Of a DNA stretch of 64,000 bases, positions 37,301 through 52,280 are shown piece by piece. Numbering within the stretch: the first letter of the stretch is position 1; each line of letters opens with the position of its first letter. The stretch is from Paragordius varius (lineage: Eukaryota; Animalia; Nematomorpha), in contig OZ176054.1 of assembly GCA_964247055.1 (NCBI GenBank), forward strand, positions 8,618,001-8,682,000. The letters are read 5' to 3'. The position numbers and the translations under genes were made by a program. The notes beneath the pieces were generated by a model that was not told where the DNA came from, made no database searches, and saw nothing but the letters and a program-made list of their open reading frames with translations.

Positions 37301-40300
37301 TCCAGCTAATTCCCTCGAATATCACTAAAATTGACCATACACTACATGTAAAAATCTAAACATTATTTTAAAATTTTTACTTTTAGATGTGGGCTCCGAA
37401 AGTGTCAAATTTTTGGACCCATCCAAAATGAGCAAGTTCTTTTAATATAAAGGCGGGGCCGAGATTGTGCATTAAAAAATAAAAAAAATATACCGAATTT
37501 TTAAATACAGCAAAATTTTGGTAAAGCGAGTTTTATGGTATTATGAAGCAGGGGAATGAAAACACTTTAAGATTATATATGAACACTTTTTCTATATAAT
37601 CGATGATGCTGAACAATTTTATCACCTCGGAATTCAATAAAGTTCGTATGCTTTTGAATTTGGGTTAATTTTAATAAAAAAATAATATGTGCATAAATTT
37701 GGAGATCAACGATTTGATTCTAACTTCTGAAGTCATAGATGTGTTCAGCATCATCAAATTATATAGAAAAATGTTTATAATAGCGTTTTTATACTGTTTC
37801 TGTCATGCAAAATAATACGGAGTACAATAAAATTTCGCTAAAAATAATTTTGAACAAAGTGTGTATTTTTTCGAAAATATGTTTTTTATTCCAAAATTCA
37901 GCATATTAATTTTTATCGCAACTCGGATTTGCGTATATTACAAGAGCTAAAAAGGCATCACTATAATCCTGATATTTTTCTCTCAGAATTTATATATTTC
38001 ATTGGGATATTATTTTATGCACCCCGATATGACACAATGTAACTATATAACACTTTATATTCACTTCCCTTAGAAATATTAAAAATGTTCTTAATATGAG
38101 GCATATCAAAAACTAAATATTCTTTTTAATGTATTATAATTTTAACAAAAATTAACATTTGACTGCATAGTTTCATATGTATTTCGACTCGTCCTAATGT
38201 GTAAAATTTGGCTAATGCTTTATAGTTACTAATTTAATCTTTACTAAACTAAAGCTTTTAGCTATTAAATGATATACCTTAATTATAGTGTAAATATTAA
38301 TTAATGATAAAATATGGGTTGTTGTAGACACTTAATTAAGTTTTGTAATCAAATCACCATACATTATGATTTTTGACCTTGCGCGGTACCATGTTCAAAT
38401 AAAATTAATATTTGTTTTAGATAATGCACACAAAACATCATGTGTTAATCACTTAATTGAGCCATTGATGCCAAAATCGGCGATAGCTAAAAACTGTCAA
38501 GACAATGATACACACCTTGCCCCATCAGAAGAAGGTAAAGACACCTGTAAAAGTTTTAAACAATCCGATTATGGAGTGGTGACAACTATAAAACAAAAAA
38601 TTTTATCCATCATAACAACTTTATCTCACCCTACTACCGTTTTTACAAACTTGTTAACTAACAATTATAATAATAATAATAGTAATGAGAATAAAACTAA
38701 GCATACTAGAGTATTAAGCGATTCAGATGATAGTGTTGTCGATTCTAAAAGTACAGTAAATCATGATGTAGAAGAAGGAGTAATTGATTACAGCCTGAAG
38801 GGTAATAAGAAAAGATTGATTACAACAAAAACGAATTCACATGCAGCAAAACCACAAGAGGATCCAAAGTTAGATGGTTTACTCTCCCTTTCGACACTAA
38901 ACTCCAACTATAGAAGTGTGGGTGATATACCGATGCAATTCAAAATATCAGAAATAAATGCTATATCTTTTCCAATCATAAATCCGGTTTTAGGTTCTTC
39001 TCCCCATTATATATTCATGAACAATTTATGGCAATACACAAGGCATTCACCATTATATAATTTAAACTTTCTTAAAACTGCCACTAAAACTTCCAATGTC
39101 CATAGACAAATATCTTTTTTAAATAACACAATCACAACAGAAAGTTTATTAATAAAAAACGAAACTGTCACAAGTGAATCACCTGACGGAAGTTTCAAAA
39201 ACGCAATTAACCCTCAAACCAATTTTCATGAAAGCGATTTTATCAATCATAAAAGCTTTGAATCCAAATTTAATCCCTTGTTGGGGAGAGATCAACTTTT
39301 TTATATTAATAACAATAAGCAAAACTATGGAAGCGAAATTTCACCACTATCTGATTTTACTCATCAATCCAACGACGGCTCATTTGGTGAGAATAGTCCT
39401 AATCGCAATGAATTAATTATAAAAGAGGGTATAAATTTTCTAAAACAATTTTCTAACTCTGATCATTCAACTCCTGACAAATTTGAAAATTCTAAAGAAA
39501 TGCAATTGCCTTTAAAAGACACCATTCAAATAAATAAATTAAAAAATGGTTACAATGATAAAACTCAATTCAATCCTCCATCAACATTATCCGCTTTACA
39601 TAGAGCTAAATATGGGGAGTTATATTCTGAAAAAGACCAAAGCTCTTCCGCAAACAATTCAACCCAATTGATTCCAAAAAAACGCGCCTCAATTAATGAA
39701 CCCAAAAAAACAATTTACAATTGCCATATATGCTCCAAAACATTTGGACAATTATCCAACCTAAAGGTACATTTGCGTACACATTCTGGTGAACGTCCCT
39801 TTAAATGTGATCAATGTGGTAAAGGATTCACTCAATTGGCCCATTTGCAAAAACATAACCTTGTACATACCGGTGAAAGGCCTCATGAATGTTCTTTATG
39901 TCAAAAGCGGTTTTCTAGCACGAGTAATCTTAAAACACACCTACGATTACATAGTGGTCAAAAGCCGTTTCAATGCACTGACTGTCCAGCTAAATTTACG
40001 CAATTCGTTCATTTAAAATTGCACAGAAGGTTGCACACAAATGAACAAGGGGATGATTTGTCAACCTATAACGAGACTAAAAATTTTGGTAAAAGCTTTC
40101 ATTATCAGCATTCTCGATCAAACTCAATGAGTTCGAATTCACCCAATAAATCAGATGAAGGATTAGGAACTACAGACACCGAGAAAACATTATCGCCACA
40201 AAATGGGATGTTCTTAAAAAATCCAGTAACAAGGTAATTTAAGAGTTTTATTCACACTTTTGTAAATATAGAGAAATAATACAGAAAATTTTTATTATTT

Positions 40301-42453
40301 TATAATAAGAATTGTTAAATGTAAAATTCCCTTTATAAATTTATAAAAAAGGACCTAAACATTAATTAAATTAGGTTACCAGTTTGACCGCCTAAAAATG
40401 CAGCCTTATAGTTATAACCAGTCAAGTATACTAAGTTACAACTAAATAACAATAAAACGAATCAATTTGAATATAATAGGATATGTAATATTCAGACAAT
40501 TTACAATTATCATGATAAAATCAATTTTTATTTTTTGTAAATTTAATATAAGCATATGTTAAATATGGATATTTTTTCATTGCTACATTTAAATGCGGTT
40601 AAAGTCATGGTACCCATATTATTCATATTGTATCAAACATAAAATAATATATTTTTTAATTTATAAGTTTATTTAAGGTTGATTATTATTGTATCCATTT
40701 AATACTTTGTATACGAAATTGTGTAGCCAGCCTCAAAGCTTTAATAATTATGAAATGCAATCAAACAAAGAAATAATCAATTTAGAGGATATAATCAGGT
40801 CTCAACTCTTTAATACTAGCAAAAAGGGGAGCCTGACTTCTTCAAATGATAATATTATAAAAGTAAATGATGAGCTTTGTAATCCAAAAAAGATGGGAAC
40901 AAATCATAAAACTATAATACAACCACATATGGAAAACAGTAAATCACCCATTTATAACCATGAAAAAACAATAATATCGTTATTACACAATAAGCAGAAA
41001 CCTTTGAAACAAGGTATCTATGGAGATTTTGAGGATACGAATTCACAAACAGGTATTAATAACATTAAAGTCACAAAGGTAATGTATTCCAAAACAATAA
41101 TGTTAATTTGCTATGCAGAGATGGTATATCAATTTCAATATTAAATGGAAAAAATTGAAAAATATAAGTTAAGTCAAAGTTCAACGCAATGCTTAGATCA
41201 TTAAATATAGGACTTAATTTTATTTTATTTACCTGATGAGTTGGAAAATGTAGATTAATTACTCCAAATTTACTTATCTAAATATGATAATTAAGCAAAA
41301 ATGATGGACAAAATAATTTAACTTAATAAATATTTATAGGAATAGGGATAATGTTCATATATTTACAAATTATGTCAAATAAAATAAGAAAATACTCTTT
41401 CCTCCATCGTTTCAGGTGCCAGTTCTTTATTTGTCACACCTATTTTTGATCTTTTATGTTGTAGCAATTACTTTCAACTTACTCTAAATAACAGCTAATC
41501 CCAATGGATTTTTTTAAGAATACATTTTTGGTTATTTGGCACATCGATTTAAGGTTGCAATCATTGCTCAAAATTCTCTTTATTATGATAATCCATCATT
41601 AAATCAATATGTTATACAAAAATGCTTTTCTTCTACCGTCTAAAATTTTCGAAATAAACAGCTGACTTTCCGATAAACTATCTATTGTTTTATAAATAAT
41701 TGCAGTGTTAAGTTTTAAAAATTATTTTCCTAAAATAAAGGAAAAAAAGAGAAAAATTAAAAGTGAAGAAAATTAAAATCACATTTATATACATTTTCTT
41801 CTAAAGTAAGTTGTAGTGTAATTTGCAAATTTTATATGCCAATCTCCAAAATGTAAAAAATATTTGGCGGTAAAAAATGTCTGATGATCATTTTTTACCA
41901 TTTAAATTTTTTGAAGATGGCGCCTTAAAGGCTATAGAATGCATGTTTTGGATTTAAGCCAAATATCACCGGTATTCGTAAGGTATTCATGTTTAATATT
42001 GCTTGGGAAATTTACCCCAAGCTTGAATTTTAATTTTCCCCTTATATTATCAAAAAGGGACAAGGTTTATAATGTAAAACATAGCATATTTTTTTATATT
42101 CATTCATAAAATTTTGAAAAAATCATTAGCTTTTCTCATACGGTAAATCTATATTTAGATTCTTACATAAAGAGTTATTGAAGGGTTAAACTAATATGAA
42201 CCATTTGGATAGCATAAACATACTAAAACCAATATTTTAATTGGCATATTATCTCAAAATACAACATCCTTATTTTATAAACTGCTACTTTTTAAAAAAG
42301 ACTCAGGTCATTTATTTTATAGTCAATAACTTGGTTATTATCTGAAAGAACATTCAAGTGTTAATAATCAAATATTTTTATAATTTAATATTTTTTTATC
42401 ACTTTACACAACATACATCATGTGGTTACTTAACCAAAAGTAGTGAATTTGTA

Positions 42454-42492
<39 letters not shown>

Positions 42493-44169
42493 GGCGATTG
42501 GAAGTGGGTTAATGGCGGAACCATTATTTTTTTTAAACCGTTTTAGACCAAAACTTTCAAAAACTTGATTAAAATCAATTAGAACCCGTTGACCACAATG
42601 GAACTGAAACTGCTTTATTAAAAATATAGTGAATTAGAACCAAAATGAATTGGAAAATCAACACTATTATTTAAAATATTACCAGTCTTATCTTATATCT
42701 CCGATATTCTATTGAATTTATATTTTTTTAAAAAAATTGCTTAAAAAATTTATTAATTTACACTTGTAATATGGTTTTATTCACAAATTTTAGCGATTAC
42801 ACAAAAAATTGACAAAAAGTTTAAGAATAGCATTTTTTGGAATTATTCCGTAAAATGATAAAGATAATTAAATAGGTGAGCATTGGGTGTCTTTAATTAT
42901 TTATTTGTAAAACCTTAAACGTATTGAATTACTAGGAACACTTATTTACTGATTGATCCATCGTGATACCATGATTTGCCTTAAAACGAAGTTAAACCTT
43001 AATATCTGGAAATTCGAACACAGCTTGAAATTGTAAAAAAGGCCAAATGCTTTTTTAACTTGCAGAGAATGTATTATACCATTTACACTTCATGAGTGTC
43101 TTTAAGCATTTAAAGTTTGTCCTTGAACACTTCAAATTGGTCCTTAAATTATTTTGTTTGTTTTAACTTTTACAATCGAATCGTATATCATTCTTCCTTT
43201 TTAACATAATTGCATATAAATTTTAGATCGATATCAACTCTTAATCATTCTGAAACCTCATATCTTTATTATTTTTTAAAAATTATTTTAAATATTTATA
43301 ATAACACGTAATTAACAAGATGCATGGGTTATTATTTAAAATTTTGTATTAAAAACATTTAAATAATTTTTTATGTTGGAAAAAATTAGTTAATAAAAAA
43401 ATGGTTTTTAAATAAATTTTTTATTTTATAATAAATAAATAAAGAAAATTAGGTTAAAAAACAATAAAATAAAAATGTAAATGCAAAAATTATGGTTAAA
43501 TTAATACCTAAAAGTTTGAAGGACCAACTTTAAGTGTTCCAAAAGACCAACTTGAAATGTTCAGAACCAATTTAAAGTGATGTCTAACTTGAAGTGTTCA
43601 AGGATCTTGATGTGTAAATGGTATATTTAATATTTAAAACCAGGGTTTGTATTCGTTTGTAAAGATGAAACAGATTTTAGGCTGTTAACCAGAAATTATC
43701 AAGTTTTAAATTTGAATGCCTTAAATTTATAATTTTCTTGCCTATTTATATATATATATATATATATTCCGTGATTTGAGTTAGAAAGCTGATAATATTA
43801 AATAAACTTAACTCACTTTTTAGGGTGAAATTCAGACTTAAGATTTTCGATGTAGTCAAATATACCGGATAATTATATTTGAAATATGGAAAAACAAATA
43901 AATTTAGTTAATTATTTATTTATGAATTTTTGTTATACACAGCTAACTGTTTAAATAATTTTCATATGCAGAGTTTTTTGTTTAAAATTACAAATTCAAC
44001 TCCTTAACTACTATATTTGTTTCCTATTTTTTTTGGGGGAATTTAAAATTTTAATATATATTATTCAGGTACAATTAAAAGTGATAAGGATGGAAATAAT
44101 CAGGATTACGAATCAATCAATCTGCGAAAAGAAAAAAGTGATTCAATTTACCGTCTTAAAGTCCACTGA
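31333..44169 (+). CDS. PRDM1: PR-domain zinc-finger protein 1 / Blimp-1
   Basis: Exons 31333-31566 ([15 protein letters not shown]), 34908-35027 ([16 protein letters not shown]), 35102-35939 ([37 protein letters not shown]), 38421-40233 ([40 protein letters not shown] fingers), 40727-41052 or 41078, and a probable last exon from 44069 (stop 44169 in the phase-1 option). Identity is secure; the last two exons are less so. Confidence 0.93.
37145..38010. repeat. Imperfect ~870-bp palindrome of the old repeat family, in a PRDM1 intron
   Basis: tattctgatagaaaattgtatcaggatt pairs with aatcctgatatttttctctcagaat; ctatataatcgatgatgctgaaca pairs with tgttcagcatcatcaaattatatag. Confidence 0.6.
43077..43623. 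mobile_element. MITE, TA-flanked, TACCATTTACAC terminal repeats
   Basis: TA|TACCATTTACAC ... GTGTAAATGGTA|TA, with ~20-bp subterminal repeats (cttgaacacttcaaattggtc / gaccaacttgaaatgttc). Confidence 0.7.
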
Positions 44170-44989
44170 ATAGGGGACATTCATTGAAAGAAAGTCGTGT
44201 TTGGCAAACGATTACACACTATGCAACTTGTATTTAATTAATTCAATTTTTATGATATCAAACCTGATATGTTTTTATGTGATGAATTGTGGATAATTTC
44301 TTTAATTCAACTATATGCACTATTTAAATTAGTTATTATTATTTAATATATATATATATATATACAATGCAAATTATTGTATTAATAAATTAAAATAATT
44401 AAAATAATAGTAATCCCAACATCCTAGGACAGATTAAGAGACAAACTGAAATTAATTAATAGGAATGTTAGTTTTAACAGAATAATTCTATTAGCATATT
44501 ATGGTCAGACATATCTTTGATTCCTTGAGATTAGCACCAGTAGTATACGTTAGATAACTATAAAGTCGCTTAATTTAAGTGAAATTTTTTGATATGCAAT
44601 GATGCGAAATTATATAAAATATCGCTTTTCGGTATCAATTAAAAGTTTTGAAGGTTTTGACATCTAGGCAAGTTAAGGGTCGTCGTAGCACACTTCTTTC
44701 TGGGTACCGGCTTAGTGTAAAAATATGTAATAGCATAAAGTAGAATTTAAATGAACCCATAATTTTCTACCCTTATTTTACGATCATTAGTGTCGACCCA
44801 ATCATAAACTCCAATTTTTATTAGCTATTATTTATTATTTTTAGCAAAATTATCTAATATAATTTTAATTTGCATCCCACTGTCTCCGTATAATGAAATT
44901 TAATTCCTTTGTTTGAATAAATTTTGCGGCGATATTAAATTTTTAACTAAAGATTTATTTGGTGCATTTGTGAAAGTTGTGATGCCAAC

Positions 44990-45130
44990 TGATGTGTATA
45001 ATTTTGATTTGATCGACAAAATATAATTTAACCGTTCCTTTTTCACGTGCTTCTACCATTGTCCTTTCCATGCTATTCGACATCATCAGATGTCTTAAAC
45101 AACAATGTATGTCCTCTGGAGTTATTTTAA
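44990..45130 (-). mobile_element. Degenerate RTE LINE 3' relic
   Basis: Minus strand gives HLMMSNSMERTMVEAREKGTVKLYFVDQIK, resembling the RTE C-terminal GH.MR..SLEK....G.R.RGR....W.D.I pattern. Confidence 0.35.
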
Positions 45131-46576
45131 ATTATGAGTGATTTTGAGTAATTTGCTCGTTGTTTCCAATATATGTTTAACATGCAATTATACGATCATT
45201 GTTTAAGGGCAATGCTTATTTATAGTTTCTTAAAGTTTATGATCCAATATAAACTACAAATATTTACTTTCGAACTCTTTTTCTTTTAGTATGTTAAGTT
45301 TTATTATTGAATATGTCCACAGATGATGACACCCCGTTTTAAATGTTAGAATCCTAAGGCGTGTTCGTGAATAAATAAATAAACTCCATGATATGAATGA
45401 AATGCCTTCTAATTTATACTTAAAATCCTTTGTATTCCAAATAATATCATAAGGATTGTTCTTTAGTTAGTGTTATTTATTGATTTAAAATAATTTAATC
45501 AAACGATGTTTCATAGAATAAAACTCCATAACACGTGTCTAGCTCCCCTATTTAAAACAAAATCATTTATATAAGTAAAAAAATGGACAATTTATGGATT
45601 TAAGTCTATTAAGCTTAAGTTGACCTCCGGTATTTGTTTAAGCCCTAAACGCGGTCTCGGTTATATTTAAACGACAGACAATGCATAAACAAATTACCTT
45701 TCTTCTTTTGCTCCTTAATGTACATATAACAAAACATTTTGTAAAAAAATATGTGTAAAATAACATTTGATTTCGAAAACAGTCGAAATCTTTCAGCGGT
45801 TTACCGAATTAGCATTTTTTTAAATTCAAATTAAACAGTACTTGTACCATATATTTTTTTCTAAGCCCCAATTAGTTTTATTAAAATAAATAAAAATAAA
45901 TTTTTATTATAAATGGGCTATAAAACCTTATATTAATCGTCCGCACGGCCGCAAAAAATGATTAACCTATTCTGTGCATCATTTATTGTATGTAGAGAAA
46001 AATGAAATAAAGGGTATTAAAATATATTATATTCAATATTTGACATTTAAAATAAAAAATAATAGCATACTAATAATTACTAATAAATACATTTTTAAAA
46101 CTTGGCGCATAGTAGAATATGCCATTTATAACCAATAAATTAATAGAATAATGTTATATTACTAATATGTTTATTTTTAAAATAATTTTCCACATAAGCC
46201 ACATTAGCTAATGGGTTAGGGGTTCCCCAAACGTAAACATTGAAAATTTTCATAATAATCAAAAATTGATTATAGGCATTAGTATAAAATATCTTTTTAC
46301 ATATTTTAAACATGGATGAAATCGCAGCTTTCTTATTTAGCGATTGTGACAAAATGGTTAAAGGTTTAAATATGCACAACTTAACTAACTAAATAGTCCA
46401 AAAATGGTGGAAGGATTTTAACAGTTTTTATGTAATCCAGATGGTCTGTCTGAACCTAATATTTGTATGATACTGCCAACTTTTTATTAACTTATATAGC
46501 AAGCAATTATTTATATTAATTTAATATTAATTAATTGTTTTTGCGTTAATATGTGCTCAAAGCATTTACTTAAGAT

Positions 46577-46623
<47 letters not shown>

Positions 46624-46786
46624 CAAGATATTATTAATTTTGTTATTATAATTATTGTACACATTTGCCAAAATGTATGTGAATGTCAAAAAATATCGAT
46701 TTTTAGGGCCGTGTTGTTAAATTTATACAGGTAAAAAATGAAAATAATCACAATTTAATTCTATAGAAATAATTATAAATGCAAAA

Positions 46787-46820
<34 letters not shown>

Positions 46821-47264
46821 CATGAATATTTTGCTCAACGGTATAAAAAATACAATAATTCTAGATGAAATAGAAAAGTTAATTTAAAATCTACTAAATT
46901 AGATATTAGTAATTAAACATTGTAGACATTCCCACCACAGAAATAAATATACAACCTAAGGAAATAAAGGACAAAATTTATAATGCTCTAACTCTAAAAA
47001 ATTTTTACCTTAATATATTTTTCTGTTTTCATTTTGTTTCCAAACATTTTATGTGTATGTTAAAACGGTAATGTTTTTCCTTATATTTCGCTTAAAATAA
47101 TTTTTGGAAATAGCAAGCAAGAACTAAAATGTAATTTTGTGTTTTTTTAACTTAAATATGTACACCTTAAATACATAAAATTGGAGGATACATTAAATTA
47201 ATCATAATTTTGTGGAACCATCTTAAACTTCGTTTCAGCTCTGCTTATTTAATTCATCTTAATT

Positions 47265-50200
47265 ATGGGATGCGGCAATTCTAAAAACCAACAATATGAT
47301 GTAAACCCCAGAGAGGCTCCAGGTAGATATTTGAATATTATATATTCTTTTTATGTAGGAAAAATTTTAAACAAGTAATTTTAGATTATACAGTTTTTAC
47401 CATTAAATGTGTTATATATAATTTGATTAACTTTTAGAATTTACCTAACTTTAATTAAGCATTAGCACTCAAAAAACCGAGATAAATATTTTACTTGTCT
47501 CAAGAGCCATAATACCAAATATTTCGTAAATATTTGACACATTTGCAGATATTTATAATCCAAATAAGTACACCACGAAGTTAATAAATAATTTAGGGCT
47601 ATAAAAAACACTTTTAGGACGCGGTTTAAGTATCTCTGCCATAATCTATAGGTATATATATATATATTCAATTATACGTCCATATTATTTAGGTAATGGT
47701 CCTACTACAAAAGACAACATACCGAAAACGGCGGCTTTACGAACACAAAAATCAATTGATGTCGATGATAAAAATCAATCCAATCAGGATGCGGATGGAC
47801 GAGGAATGAGCAAATCCATAAAATCATTGGATAAAGCTCACAATTTTGATGGTGCATATTTAAATGAAGGTGACTCATGCAAATTGGATAAACGACCCTC
47901 TGTAAAATCCACAACCAACAAAGAACCACCTCTTTCACCTTCATCACCTTTGACCCCCAGGAATCCGGTTGTTGAAGTAAATTATAAAATGTTTTGATAA
48001 AAAATATGTAAATAAAAATTTGGGTAGAAATAGTATACAGACCAACCTAATGGGGTTTTAAACAGCAAAAATTGAAATAAAAACTATTAAATAGGTTTTA
48101 ATAGCGCAAATATAAAATTTTATTGAAAAGTATTGGATTCCCAAATATATATTTGTTTCCTTAACATTCGATGTCTCTTTAAAAAAATGACACTGCAAAA
48201 TAATAATCAGAGGCCGAAAAATATAAATTTTAATATTTTTAATCTTATGCTGCTTGAGCTGTAGGGCTTATGAGTCATTTAAAACATTCTTTAGGCTCCA
48301 AAAATACAAAAAAAGAATTTTTTCATTACTATAAATACTTACAAACATCCACAAAACATCTAACCATGTACACTACACAACAATTGATATTATTATATAT
48401 ATACTGATAGAAAAGAGTACTACAAGTTATTGAGTAATATAAATCCATTTTTATCGTAATAATTTTATTTATTGGACATTATGTTAGTTTTTGGTTAGAT
48501 GCTTCAACCCAAATCGTTGTGTTAATTATATGCATTATAAATTTATATATTATAATAGCTATAAAAATGTTCCTTAATTGTTATTTGATGAACTCTGTTT
48601 TTAAAAATATATTATGTTTTCAACACATCGGCAAATTTGAAGGTAAACGATAAAACTCATAAGTGAGGAAAATCTCAGCATGTAATATGTTTAAATGATT
48701 TTTTGATCGTTTTCACTCTGCTTTATTATGCCACTTAATATACTTTAACAAAATTTTGCCAAAATTTAAATAATTATGATTTGTTTTTAGCTTTTACAAC
48801 AAAAGCCAAATTTCAGCGGAGTTAATGATACTTTCGGAGTCCATATACAAAAATTTACAGATACTGTTTTGCTTTTACAGCTGATAACATTTAACAAAAG
48901 AAATAACTAAATTATTTTATTTTTTATATGTTAATAACATATTTAAAGATAATATTTTCGAAAGAAGCTACCTTCCACTAAAAAAATTTTATTTTCTATG
49001 ATGTGCGCTTATTTACAAAAGTGATAAATTTCTTAAATGGCTAGTGAGCCTTAACACCAAAAGCTTCATTATTTTCTCAAAACATTTTTTATCAGTATAC
49101 TTATTTCATCAGAATTTTTTTGGTGTCCACTTTGAAATATTATATTGTTATTTGGATAGGAAAATCGTCAATTTGAAAACAATAAAGAAACGGCATCTAA
49201 ACGAAATTCACTCAAGCAGGAGGACAAAAATATAGATTTGCAAGGTGAAAATGCTCCCGATACAAAAAGATCATCATTAACGGGTAAGAATGGTAGAAAA
49301 TCGAGTGCACGAAAGAGTTTGATCGAATTAGAAAAAGAAGCAAACTTAAGGAATGACTCAAAATCCGGTAATGAAAATGCTAATGGCGATGAATCACCCA
49401 CGATTAATGATAAAGGTTACATATTTTTTGATATGAATAAAAATTTGACTAGTAAAAGAATACTACGGTAAGTCCGTCCACATAATGAGTTTTTTTAGTA
49501 AGCACGCTTAAAACTAACCCACTAAGATTTTCTGATTTTTAAACAAGATCCTATAACCGTAAAAAATTATGCGTTTTTATAAACAATCGTATATAAAAAA
49601 TAATATTTTTTTAAAAAAATCACTATGTGTCTACAGAATAATAATAATAATAATATATAATTTATAGATTTAATTTGAACAATCATTTTCTGTTTAAAAA
49701 AGGGCCATGATGCGGATAATGAGCCATTAGTTTTGGAATTATGAGTGTACACTCCATATACTTAAAAATTATTTAATTACAAGAAATGGATGTTAATTTA
49801 AGAGCATTTTAGAGTTATATGTAGACTATTTTGTTAAAAATCTGTATCAAAATCTTAAGGAAATGGTTTCAATTTATATTAGCAAACGATTAAAAATCAA
49901 AATTATAATCTGATATATGATAAATGGCTTAAAATATATAAATTTGGTTCATATTAATTATTAACACCCTTAACTATATAATTTATAGGGTATATTGTAA
50001 AAGAATTTACCGAATCCCTTCGAGATTTGCATGTTATAGGAACAACACCACGGTCTTCTATCAAACCAACCCCAAACTCACCCAATAACAATCAGCCAGA
50101 AGAGATTGAAAAACAAATACTGTCTCCAAGACCCTCTCAATCAATCCTTCAACCTTTAGAGGCAGACACAAATCAAAAAAGTGGTGAGAATGAAAATTTA

Positions 50201-52244
50201 GAGGGCGAAAGTGTGTTCACACAACCAAACTCTCCCAGTGCTGTGACAAAGGAGGAATTTAAAGAAGATGCTTGGGATGAAAAAAAGGATGAAAGCAACT
50301 ATATTAAAGCTATCGATACAATAATCCCCACAAATAACAATAATATAAATGAAAATAATGAAAAAAATGATAGCGAAGAATTGAATCGCAACGTTTCACC
50401 AATTAGCCGTGAATCGCTGAAAAATGAAAGTAATGCGAACGATACTAACATAGAAAAAGCAACCACGCCTCAACTATTAAGTCCTTCAAAAATGACAAAT
50501 GAAATTGAAGGTTCTCAACAAGCAACTAATCAGTAAGCATTTTAATATTATATAACATTCTTATACTTGGATTACATCACTAAATTTTTTTATTATTCAA
50601 CGCTACATAAATAATAAATGTAAATAATCTTTTTTTGTTTTATTAAAAACATAAAATATTTATTGTGATATAATTTAAATTTTATTTGATATATAAAATT
50701 TTACATTCGTAATGGCATAGGAGTTAACAGCAATTTACGGAACTATAACAGTTTTTTAACATAATTAATAAATTGATTTCTTTTTAATTATTTTAAGTAA
50801 AAATTATTTTATTTGAATAAAAAGGGTATTTGTTTGGATTTTTATAAACTTGTACCTTCTATTAATGTTAAATTATATCACAATGGTTTCTTGAACTATG
50901 CGGGGCTAAAGTACATAACTAATATATGACTAAAAACAATATATACGTGTTTTAAGATATAATTTCAAATTTAACCCAGTAAACGGAGATAAATAATTAT
51001 ATAATAAATGTTACATTTATTATAAACTTTCAATAAATATACAGCGAAGATGAATGCACGCTTAACGACAATGCTGACACTTTTCCTTTGCCACACGATA
51101 CGCGTAATTTGATTGGAAAAATCTTAACACCAAACCTTTATAGTCAATATAATAATATCATTTCCAAGAATGGAATTTCATTGGATAAATGTATTAGACC
51201 TGGAGTTGATAACACTCAATTAGTTGATCCGTTTTCACCAGGTTATAATTATTTTGTTTTTAAAAATTGAAATTGTACACGTAAAACGAAAAAAAATAAT
51301 ATATTTTTATTACTTATAATTTAGGTTTAAATGTTAAATCGGTTCGGAAATGTTTAATAATGAAATTTTTAAAACAATATTAAGTTCATACAAATACAGT
51401 TTAGAGTCTCTTTTTTGCTTTTTATTATAAGGACTTAAATTGTATCCGGACTTGTGAAGGCTTTAACACTTGCCTTCCCAGGGCTGACAGTGATGATGGA
51501 AAAATTGCGTAATTTCGGGATTCGAATGCCTACCCTATTATACCATCACGCCTTCAGAAATTTCTTTAATATCAATTATTAGATATTCAAAACGTGTATA
51601 TTTGAGATATTTATAAAGGCAATTATATAGTCCAATTTTCTTGGCTAGTGTTTTCCTCGCCTCTTCTTATATTGATTATTAATACAACTTTTATACTCAC
51701 TTTTAATATTTTAAAGTTGGTTATGTACATATTCATATCATAATATTATTTTTTATTTTTTGATTATCGTTAGACTTAATAGCACTTGAAGCGGATTGTT
51801 ATTATACGTTCAAATCAGTTTTTGATGAATACATCAGAGCCCAACAACCTAAATTTCAACAAAATCTTGACCAGCGTCCTAACCTAAACCATGTACCTTT
51901 ATTGGCTTTGGACACTCTCCCGCCCATCAGATCTGCCAAAAGGATTTCCATATCATTTTCAAGAAATATTGCTGGTTTTGCATTTCCAGCGGGCACAAGC
52001 CGAATCGAAAGGAGACAAGTTGAAAATATTATTTGTTACGCGGTCAATAGCATTGGACAAACAAAAGGTATTTTGTTTTTTTCATTATGAAGTGGCAACC
52101 AATACAATAAGAAAAATTTTAATTTTTGCCGCAATCTTTTTTATTTAGCAATATCTGAAAAAAACTTTAAAATATAAATTATTTTTTAAAAATACACTTC
52201 TTACATGGATTATTATATGTTTTTTTTCACTTACCATAAAATTT

Positions 52245-52280
<36 letters not shown>

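Noticed and set aside
40089-40108. 20-nt GT-AG segment after PRDM1 finger 4
   Set aside because: Splicing it gives an early stop and does not restore finger 5; the unspliced frame is open.
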